Source of the DNA: Bugula neritina
Taxonomy: Eukaryota > Animalia > Bryozoa
NCBI GenBank assembly: GCA_964035545.1
Contig: OZ037767.1
Coordinates: forward strand, 5,906,707-5,970,706
Direction: 5' to 3'
DNA: 64,000 nt
Shown in pieces: positions 40,201-52,200 of this stretch. The notes beneath the pieces are model-generated. The model ran no database searches, was not told the DNA's origin, and worked only from the letters and a program-made list of their open reading frames with translations. Position 1 is the first letter of the stretch, and each line of letters opens with the position of its first letter. A program made the translations under genes and the position numbers.

Positions 40201-43200
40201 TTGTCAAAATACCAACTTAACAAAAATATACAACAATGTCATGCAAACGCTAAGTTATCTTCAACTATTTACAAGAATAGTGAATTAAGCCACCTAAAAT
40301 ATTTAGAAAAATTTCATTAAAATCTCTACCATAAAAAACTCATGCAAGTTTATAGTCGCTATCCCTGTAAGAAAACCCCTGATAGAAGGGGCTTTTGTTA
40401 AATTGGGCTAAAGACTTATTAAAATTTCTACCATAAGGCGTAGCAAATTTTTTGAAATAAAAACAACACATGTGTGAGTAGATATTGTCCGCATCACCAC
40501 TTTTTCTAACCTGGGAGTGTGTGGAAGGTGCAAAAGGATCGGCTTGGAGGTCATTGTCTAAGATCTCTAGTAACTTGTACACCACAACCTCTCCATTGAT
40601 TTGTTGGTCACTTGGCTGTGACCATTCAATATACAGGGAGTAGCTGGACAGAGCGGTGATAGTTGGTGGAGGCATAAAGCTGGGCTCTGTAGATACAGGA
40701 AATAGAGTAGTAAGAGTGCAGGTAGTTAAAGTACTGTACCACCAGTCAGTGATACGAGTTCTCGCTAACACTAGTTATAGAAAATATGGCTTAAGTTAGA
40801 AACTGGTACTAGTAGAAGGTTTACAGTCAGTTTCTCTTTGAGCAGCCTGTAGTTTGGTAGAACCTAAGTTGAGCAGATCAGGCTATTCAAATTAAATATT
40901 TTACAACAAGTATTACTCTCTAGACTTCTTTCAGCAAATGATCAATCGCCAAGTTATACCTCATCTTGAAAATTATTCTATAAGCAGCTCCGAGTTTGTG
41001 CAGTAGTTTAGAGTTCTCAAGTTTGGAGTTAAGTCCCCAACTCCAAATTACTGCACTCCTTCACCCCAACTCGGAGCTGGCTATACAACAATTCTCATAA
41101 TGAATACAACAAACCTCCCTTTACTAGTTGTAATGAAAATACCACCACAGAATAGACAGAGTGATATAGCTGTATCAAGCATTCGCCTTACTAAATATCC
41201 AGAGCACCTGACACTCACCTGCCTCCAGTGTCCTCGCTGTCACCCAGCTACTCGCTGCCTTGCTGATGTCATTCTGTGACAAAACCTGAAACTCATACTG
41301 CGTAAACGGCAGGAGACCAGTGACTGTGTAGTTAGTAGCAGGTGGAGACAATGCATTATCCAACACTGCATGAGTACGTGGGTTGTATTGCCCTGTCAAC
41401 ATTATAAACTTTGTATTATATTGATAGACAAACCAACTCCAGTCTCTGTATTTATGAGAACCTTTAAAAAAGTTAAATTTTAGCAGCTAACATTTATTCT
41501 ATTTATTCACTCAGTCAACTTAAAACAAAAATCAATTTTTCAATTACTAGAGTGTTACTTTTAAAAAATGCCCACAGGGAAATATTTTATAAACTACTGA
41601 TTTATATTATTCAGCTTCTATTCCTGTTCAAAAGGCAAATAACAATTTACTACTCAGTTATTTATATTCAATTCTATTTAGTTTTTATTGCTTAGTTTTG
41701 AATAAAAAACCCTGTATTGTCTATAGTTCAAATTTTAACTATGAGCCCTGTAATTATTGTTTAGGAGCATAAGCCAAGTTAAGTTACTTTGATCTCTAAA
41801 GTTACCTGAGGGGTGGAATATAAGAGACGGTTGAAAATCAGCTTCAGAGCTCACTGGTGTCACCCTTCTCATCCACAGCTCATAGTATATTATTACTCCT
41901 ATATTAACAGTTGAGTTGAGTAGATTACATCAGTTACAAAATATGACTAATTTTACCATTAAAGATTTGAAAGCTGGTAAGCTTAAATGCTTAATAGTAT
42001 AATTAAAAGCTGGTTTGCATTGTAGATCTATTAATTAATTATATTCTATGAATAATATAACCTACTGTATAACATAGGAAATTCATAAAAATACATATAC
42101 ATTTATAGGTCATATATATTTATTGCTAATATAGCATCCATAAACTAATTTTGAGCTGCATGCAATTATTAAAGAAGATCTGCCAAAACCATATATTTAA
42201 TTCATTTATATTTGTACCGAATATTCTTCAAGTACAAATTATAAAATGGTTAAAAGACACTCAATTTTTTTATTCTGTCCGAAAAACAGATAGCAAACTC
42301 TTGCAAATTAAATGAGATGCAATCTAATGTAGATAGAAGCAACAATGATTGGATTCTTATTATCTAACATTTATGATCCCAAGAAACGTAACAGCTGGAA
42401 ATGCATACCATTAGGATGAGTGGGTGGCTGCCACTCTACATACAGACTGTCTGAAGTCAGCGCCGTGATCTCAGGGTCTCCTTGACCACTAGGTGCTGCC
42501 TGAGGGGTGATGACCCAGACAGGAGCGCTGTCTAGACATCCCCCTGACGTACAGGCACTCACAGAGAATGAGTAATTAGTGTAGGGAGATAACTTGTCAC
42601 TAGACGTAGAGAGTGAGAGTCCATCATATAGTACTACTGGACTACCAGTATCTATGTCTGTGGTGTATGTCAAGAGGTAGCGCTCTACAATGCAAGCAGG
42701 TTGACTATGAAACTCAAAGAGTAGAGTTATATACATATGATAATACAACGCTATATAATCGAAATAATAGTTGTAAAATACATACACTCAAAACTATGTT
42801 TAATACTATGCTGTAACAAACTATGCTATAGCATGTGACAATGCAGAATTGATGTAATAATTAAAGCTATAGGACGCATATGTCATGAGTTTATATTTAA
42901 GAAGGTTGATGGCTGGGCATTGCTGAAGTCATATAAAGTCTTTGGTCGTAACAGCTCCTGCGCCATCTCAAACTCCCAAAGCATATCAGTTTTTGACCCA
43001 CCTAAGAGACTTTTACTAAGTAGTTTTTCTCAGGGACTTTGAATGATGGAATATATTAAAACTGCCTTACCTATAACACCACTGTCATTACTTATGGCTG
43101 TCCATGCGAAGGTGGCTGAGAATGAAGTGATGTCAGTGACATTGAGCTGAAGGTCACCACCAGATGGCGCTCCTGGAGGAGTTCTATACGACACCGGAGA

Positions 43201-46200
43201 ACTCTCAGCAAACCCGAATTCATTGTGAGACTGAATCTGGTATGTGTACAGTGTGTATGGGTTGAGTCCCGTGTCATTGTAACTCAATTCTACAATGAAG
43301 TACACAACTATGGTAACGATGGTAACTGGTACACATTAGACACACCTTACATATACATATTAAATGTAAATGTAATGTGCATTAGACATACATGTAATTA
43401 TATAAAGTTTAAGTACGTGTTAGTAATGCATATTCCAATTATCAAATAAAACAAAAAAGTGCAAAATGAAAAAGAACAGTTATAAAACATAAATATCAAT
43501 ACAATTGTTAAAAATCTTCATAGGAATACTAGTCCAGATAATTGATCTAGATTCGAGGTATTCGCAATAATAACAAGATGGGTACACTCGCAATATATCA
43601 TGGTCAATAATACGCTACTAAAGCAACCATGATGATGTTAAACGGAACTTTTAATCGCGGACACTTACTTATATCCAGGCAATAATTTATTTTCACAGAC
43701 TAACCAAAAGGTCCAAGCTGAGCTATTTGTGTTCCATCTCTAAACAGGATGTACGTCAAAATAACACCATTAGGGTGATCAGGTGGCATCCAGTTCAACT
43801 CTAGTACAGTTGGTGAGATAGGACGGTGTGTGGGCGGAGCTTGTTGAGAAGGAACTAGCAAATATACATAACATCTAAAATTTATACTAACAAATCACAT
43901 TATTGACACTTTCAGCTAACTTTGTTTAAAGCTATAAACACTTTTGTGTTCAAAGAAGGAGTATAAAATAGAACTCACATTTGCTACAGCCGAATGGATT
44001 GTCAGCATTTAGATTGCTGGCCCCATCTACACACGTGTCGCATTTCAGACCTTGGACGAAACGCTTGCAGTCGCATTGTCCAGTCGTCGGGTTACATGTA
44101 CCGTTTATAGAACCGGCCGGAGAGCAATCACAAGCTGTACAACTATAAATAACCCGAAACTAGTCACTAGATAGCAGCAAATGTCGTTGTTAGTTGACAC
44201 CACCATAAAAAACTTCAATTGGTACTAATAACAGCATAACAACAACTTGAATTGTACTTCTACTTGAATTAAACTTTTTTTTTCAAGAAAATTTTGATTT
44301 GATTAAAATCATGAAACTATTGAATAAATTTTGTTATGATTACAAGTAATTCAAAATCATCATGTGGTTCAATACAAATTTGAAAACTTCAAGCACTTAA
44401 GGTACCTGCCAGAGCTGTCATCAAACTTATAGTGGTCTGGTTGACACGTGTCACACCTTTGTCCAGAGACACCTGCATTACCCAGTTTACACTGACACTG
44501 GCCTGAGTCCAGATCACATGACAGACTGAGAGAACCTCTAGGGTGGCAGTTACATGCCAGGCACCCTCCACCTAAGATACAATAATATATTATAAACATA
44601 TTAATAATTTCCTCAATGACATCTATAGTGTTGAGATTTAGTTCTAGTAGAATGAACACATGTTCAAAGACAGAAGCCATTTTCCTATCTTATTTCAATA
44701 AGACAGAGATTCATTTACCGAAAAATCTCAAAATTTTATAAAATACCAAGTTACGCAACCCTCCCTGTATTTCAATAAATTACAGCTTACAAAACATTTA
44801 CTCTCAACATAAACAAATTTTTATATTTAGCATAAAAAAATCAACATCTTTAAAATTTCTCCAATTTAGTCTTTGATGAGTACAAACAAAACCTCCAACA
44901 TAAATAAATGCTAAATCCACAAAAACAATAACAAGTTTATCAAGACATCACCTGGCTCAGTGCTAAGATAAAACGTAGCCTCACAGCTATCACATCTCCT
45001 CCCAATCCTGTTGCTAAGACAAGTGCACGTCCCGTTATTCTGGTTACAAGGCAGTTGGTCCACGGGCAATTTTTCTCCATTCAAGGTACCGGTTGGGTCA
45101 CAGTCACAGGAATTACAGCCAAAAGAGTTCCTGGTACTCAGTCCATACGTGTTGGCTGCAAGAAAACAGAACCAACACTTCCTTGTGGTGTGGAACTCTC
45201 AGTGAGCAACTGGCAATACCATTTAATAATAACAATGTTGTAATAACAAATATGTTGTAATTATGACAATGTTGTAATAATCTGTGTTAATATATTGTAA
45301 CAATAATAGTGATAAGTCATACATCCCTTTCATAGCGCTATTAAGCTCTGAAAATCATGAAAAAAATATTATTTATTTCATAGGTTATTTGATATACAGT
45401 AATTGCATTTTATTAAAAAGTTTAAGTTTTACTCAATCTACTTAACATGAAGATATTCCACCAGACCGAGTCTGTGTTTAAGAGAGTAAAAGTTCCTTTA
45501 CACACATTGAGTAAGATTACATTATACTTACTTTTTATGCTCTAATTCGCAGAACCCAATTTTAAAAAATAAAGAAAACATTATGCTAGAAAGAATCAAT
45601 CAACTTTAGCTTTTCTAATGATACAAAAATCATACTAAGTGATGGGAGACTATTATGACCAGCGTTTAACCTAAATCTTCACATTTTGCTGCCAAAAACC
45701 TGCTGTCAGAAAGCACCCAGGTTCCACCATAAGGACAAATCATTATTTTTAATATGTATAACTGGCAACTAGTTTATCATTCAACTACACATATTTCTGT
45801 CAAAGAGGAAGTAAGTAACTAGTTAGCACTAGCTGGAAGGATGCAAATCAAGAGATGATAACTACAAAAAGTATACCAAACATTTAACAGTTGATTTGTT
45901 TATACTGTGAAGCAATGAGGCATGCGAATTGAAGATACAGCACAAGAAGCTGGCACTATCCATTGATATGTATCAACTGTATATGCATATACAATGTATA
46001 ATTATATAACATTAGTGATATGCAGTTGGTTATAAACAAGCCCTTAGGTACCATAACCCTTAGCCCAGCAAAACTTACCCCATGCCAACCTGGAAGTGCA
46101 CCATCAGAAGTATTAATCTTATACAGTTTTTATTTTTAAATTTTAGAAACGAAAAAATTCCAAACTAATTCTCTAAGTAACAAAATAACTAAAATAAGGC

Positions 46201-49200
46201 TTCAGTGAGTTTTTCATAAAGCATAAAATATAACACATATTTACACTATCTAGAAGCAATAGCACTCAGTAGTTAAACGAACAATACAACTTATATCGTA
46301 ATAAAAAATGCAAAATAATAATAATGCGTAATAATAATGCAAAATTAAGGTTTCCAACATTTATATACACAAATTATATATATACTATTGAAGAAATTCG
46401 CAAATGCAAATTATTTAAAGATATGACAGTGGAAACATAATATAATTAGAAGCTTTACTTTGGTGTACAGATGGTTTAAATATAGTTGAAACATAGATGA
46501 AAATGTATAGCTAACGGAGAAGGTAGAACAGGTATGAGGTCCTACCTTTACATTCATTGCAGGTTCTGCCCTGCACGTTATCCTTACACATACATTCACC
46601 GGTAGACTTGTTACAGCTAGTAGCCCCGTCCACTGTACCGGCTACTTGACAACCACAGGCTAAACAACCGAGAGTCACCGAGGAGCCAAAACTATAGTAT
46701 GAACTTCTACATTCATCGCACGAGTGACCTATACATAGTGCAACAGTGTATTATAAAGAAGAGATAACTCCAAACTTTATACAGTATATAATATTTTGTC
46801 ATCAAACCTAGCAGTAAAACTCGAAAGATGATATAAATTGTTACTCACTCTTTTAGTCAAAGAGAAATTCAACTAATGATGAGTAGGCTTCAAGCGATCA
46901 AATAAAATTGAAGCTATACAATTTGAACAATCTAAACTATAATATTTATGTAGTTCAGATATATTTCAGACTTTAAAATTAAAATCAACATTCACTTTTA
47001 ACAAATAATAAAAAAATATTTAAATACAGTTAGAATTAAAATCATAAAGTCTTGACAGTCAGTAAATGGAAAAAATGATGGAAAACTACACCACCAGATA
47101 GAGATTAGATGGGGACAACTCTTACAGTTAATACACATGACTGACTAGCATAGCTTTAGTTCTTCTACAATATGAATTGTTTGTGGTGCAATCGAGCACA
47201 ACCCTAAGTGCGAAGTTACTCTAAGACTAACAATAGGACATAGTCCTGCTGCAATGCTACTCTGAGTTATATATCAGTAAAAGGAGGTACAGCCCAACAG
47301 TTACCCGTATTTTCTCTAAAAACAAAGTTATATTGTTGAGAGTGAAAAATAAAGTTTTGTAGTTTCGACTCTTTACTGTGAAAAAAAGTGAAATCTCAGC
47401 AAAAGAAATTACTTGAGATGTGGTCAATCCAATACAACTAAAAATCCAAAACTGATTTTTCAGAAAAGAAAACCAAACACTAGTCAACTTACCAGTTTTT
47501 TTTCCGGAATTTTTTAGTTGACAAATGAAAAAATCTTATAGCATCAGAAATAAACTGCAGTTTGATTACTAGTGAAACTAAGAAGTCAAATAAAAGATAG
47601 TGGGTTGAAATACCAAAACCTATGGCATCCCACAATGCTTAGCTAACCACCCTAGAAGAAATAAAAGTTTCTCCGCTAATAAATGTTTTGGTTACAGCAT
47701 TCAAACCTTCAACATTGGCTTTACAGACGCATCTCCCAGAATTCTTATCGCAATAACTCCCTGGCTCTGTGCCAAACTGATTGCAGTGGGCTGAGCAGGG
47801 CACACAGTTGGAGTCGATATCCCAGAAGCCATTCTCACACTCATCACACCTGCAGAGAACCGAGGCTAGACATGAAACATAGTCTGTAGTCAGTAGCGCT
47901 CAATGTACTGAAAATATTTCTTATCGGTTTTATCATCAAATACTGTGAAGGATCAGCTTACAGTTCACCTTTTACTATAAAGTATATGCCTGAAATACAG
48001 TTGCTATTTGAAAGTCTACATAGAGTTAAACAGTATTAATGTCACATCAGCTAAGAAGGCCATAACTAATAGGTATAAGAAAACATTTTACTTTCAATGA
48101 GCACACAACTTCATCAAACAAATAGACTGACATGAGGTATGAAAATTCAGATCAACTAGATTGTTCTAACAAAACCATCAGATCTGCTAATTGTATTTTA
48201 GTTCTCTTAGTTACAAAGTAATAAAAATACTTCTACACACAAGAAATACAGTTTAATGTGAATTTTAAATACCCTGATGTAACTGTAGCACACTGTACTG
48301 TATACTACAGCTACAGTAGCACACTGCACTGTGCACTACATGATATACATTACCTGACGCCACAGACGTTGGTCTTACACTGGCAAGACCCATCAACTGG
48401 ATTACAGAACAGGCTGGTAGAGCCCCTGGGGTCACAGTCACATGGAAGACAACCCTTCGCATTGGACAGAGTTAGGTTATAAAACCCATAATCACACACA
48501 TTGCACTTGTCACCTGCAACAGCAGCAGAGTACTAATTAAAATGTGCCACTCAAAAAATTCTAGAAAATATGACACCGTTGAAATTTTTGCTGTAGCTTT
48601 AAAGTACATTTGGAATAAAGCAAATACCCGATTTGTGTATATCATCATGTGGCATAGGAATAAGAGCAGCAAATACTAATATGACATAAATTCTCAAATA
48701 CAATTCACTTTGTTCCTTGAGTGAATAAGAGTTACAAAACACAGAGTACATACCTACTAGTATATCAACAGGTAAAGGTGTACATTACTAGAGGTCTAAA
48801 GTAGTAGAGATACTTGTACCCTCTCCACTCACCTCTAACATATTCCTTGCAAGAACATGACCCTGAGTCATCACAGTTCATGCTGCCGTCTACAATGCCA
48901 TCGGCATCACAAGAACAAGGACTACACCCAGCCGGGTTGGCAGCTAACAGAAGGTATGTCCCAGCTTTACATTTGTCACACCTTCTGCCTTCAACGTTCC
49001 TCTTGCACGGACATTGCCCTCCATCCTGTTACACAGTAGAGCATTCAGTGTTCTCATTGCAATATGCTGACATCATGAAAGCTCAAACAGGAGTGTGATT
49101 CAAACAATAAGATTTTCAGAAAGCTCATCAGCATGTCTATGGGCTTGATAAAAACTTTAAATTGTTTGCAGAGTGGTTTTTAAATAAAAAAAACAAGAAG

Positions 49201-52200
49201 AAGTTATTATTTTCACATTACTTTAAGCTTAGGAACATCTGCACGTAAATATGTTGAGTATTTAATACGTTGAGTATTTAATACGTTGAGTATTTAATAT
49301 ATTTCAAGACTTTACGTCATACCAGTTCACACTGAGCGGTTCCGCCTACTGTACCAGTGATGTCACAGTCACATGGTAGGCAAATGTCAGGAGAAGATAA
49401 GTCCTTATTGAGGTCTCTATAATAGAGCTCATTGCAAGTCTCGCAGTTAATACCTCGAGTGTTGTGCAGACAATTCACACACTGGCCACCACCGCCCCTG
49501 TAAATGACATACACCCATCATGCATACAGTGGATTTCATATAAACATTTAGCAGCATATCTCAATACAGCTAGTGGGTATATTCAACAGCCTTAATGAAT
49601 AGATACCATTTATAGCTAAATATAGGACATGAGTTTCGACATTTAGTTGCCCGATTTAAATATGTAGTTATGTAGTTACAATATTGCAATATTAATTTAT
49701 TTCGAAATACTAAGAAATATACTTGATATAGCACACACCAAGCTTTTTCACAGAAAAAACAAGATACAACAGTCAAAGACGTTCTGGAATAAATTTAACC
49801 AAAAAGAAACCTATGAGTTGGAACTACTCAAGATATTTATAGTTTTTGATTTAGCATTGATACCGGATAGCAAGTTATCACATTTTATAGCATGTTTTCA
49901 AAAACTTCCAAATTACTGGTTAGAGATTGCTAGAAAAAACAATTCCCAGTAAGTTACAAAAATAAACAATTCATAAAATAAACGCAATATGGCTATACAT
50001 ACCTGTTATGATCATTCGGGAAGGGATCAATTGAGCTGTTATAAATACATGACAAAGCATGCCCATAGCAGTTGCACTCTTTGCAATAGTAAGGGTTGAT
50101 CTGGTCTCCCACCCTGAACGGCTTATCATTATATAGCGGGAGACACGTAGAACACTGGCTACCATCAGTATAACTAAGAGGGTCACACTCGCATATGTAT
50201 GGACGTACGGAAGTGTCACACGTCTCTGCGTGACCGTTACAGTCGCACCTATACGTATAACACATTGTGTCAGATATTCCTCATTAACAGCCAAAATAAA
50301 CCTCTTTAACTAATGATATGGCCACCCAAGATGTTATAGCAGACCGAATGGTTCTATTAGCAGCTCCAAGTTAGGGGTGACTGAGTGCAGTAGTTGAGGA
50401 TTCTTGAGTTTGGAGTCGGGGTTAATTAAAATCCCCCAACTCGAAACTCAAGAACCTCAAACTACTGCGCTCAATTACCCCTAACCTGGAGCTGCTGATA
50501 GAACCAGCAGACCACCCAAGAGTGGCTTCACTGCTGTAGGTCAGGTTGCATTGGTTACTCTGTGAGATGATACGATCTGATACAATGAATCTAGGCTAGT
50601 AAAAGCATTCGTTAAAAAAAACTTTCAGATATAAAAACATTTAAACACAGCCAGCAATTTAACTTTATCAGTGACATGAGATCTATATCTAAACAAGTTT
50701 ATTAAAAGTATAAATAAAAACTACAAACAGAAACTGGTAAGTTGTAAACACCATCCTGCGTGTCTCACCTGCCAGTGACCAGCAGCTCATAGATGCCAAA
50801 ATACTTATGCTGAGGATTGGTGACATAGTAGTGGTCTTTCAGCATTATGCGAACATTGCTAGCTTTAACAAAGCTGTAGAGATCAGGAGTGCTGTAGAAG
50901 TCATTGTGACCAGGCCGAGCTATAGGTGACTGCGATAAGATATTAAACGTGATGTTACCCCTAGAGTAGGGCAGGGCATTCGTACCTCTACTGTAAAAGA
51001 ACATAACAACTAGTTTAACCAGAGTCTGGTTTAGTTCACTTCAATCAAAACATCATGATTGGCATGGTTACTATGACAACAATCACAAAAAATCAGACAG
51101 ACTAATTTTGATAAAAAGTAATCATCAAATAATAATCCTCATGGTAAAAATCGCCATATAACAGGATGTTGGGTGAATAATAATTGCCATACTTTAGTGT
51201 TAGTGATAATGTGCAAAAAGCAGCAATATATAATTTCACTCGTGACTTTTTAAAATTTGACGACAGATTTGGTGAGTCGACATGATTCATTGCATCAGCT
51301 GGGTGTCACGCCTAGGGCTATGACATCATTAGCCGGCTGTCACACCTAGAGCTATGACCTCACTAGCCGGCAGTCACACCTAGAGCTATGACCTCACTAG
51401 CCGGGTGTCACACCTAGAGCTATGACATCATTAGCTGAGTGTCACATCTAGAGCTATGACCTCACTAGCCGGGTGTCACACCTAGAGCTATGACATCATT
51501 AGCTGAGTGTCACACCTAGAGCTATGACATCATCAGCTGGGTGTTACACCTAGAGCTATGACATCATCAGCTGGGTGTCACACCTAGAGCTATGACATCA
51601 TCAGCTGGGTGTCACACCTAGAGCTATGATATCATTAACCGGGTGTCACACCTAGAGCTATGATATCATCAGCTGGGTGTTACACCTAGAGCTATGACAT
51701 CATCAGCTGGGTGTCACACCTAGAGCTATGATATCATTAACCGGGTGTCACACCTAGAGCTATGATATCATCAGCTGGGTGTTACACCTAGAGCTATGAT
51801 ATCATTAACCGGGTGTCACACCTAGAGCTATGATATCATCAGCTGGGTGTTACACCTAGAGCTATGACATCATCAGCCGGGTGTCACACCTAGAGCTATG
51901 ACATCATACTCTACCAAACATGTCACCCATCAACTTTTAAGTTTGGAAACTATTTATCAAATTAACATTTTGTAAAGTCAGACAGAGTGAGTGCAGAATT
52001 ATTAAAGCGGTAGTGATAATAAATAATACTGTGTGGTATTATAAATCACATAATGTCATATAATGCATGTTTTACCCCAACTCGTCCATATACAGCAACC
52101 TTTAATTAAATTTACAGAACAAAATTTCAATACAAACTACAAATTGTGTGATTTTATTGTTTAATTATGTTGATATAAACTGCCTGAAAGAGTTGCTATG

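Noticed and set aside
49110-49137. Hammerhead-like core CTGATGA..GAAA on the minus strand (also CTGATGAG at about 30950)
   Set aside because: No room for stem II and no supporting stems I/III or cleavage triplet.
51293-51907. CRISPR-like 34-bp repeat array
   Set aside because: No unique spacers, no cas genes, eukaryotic intron; it is a head-to-tail minisatellite.
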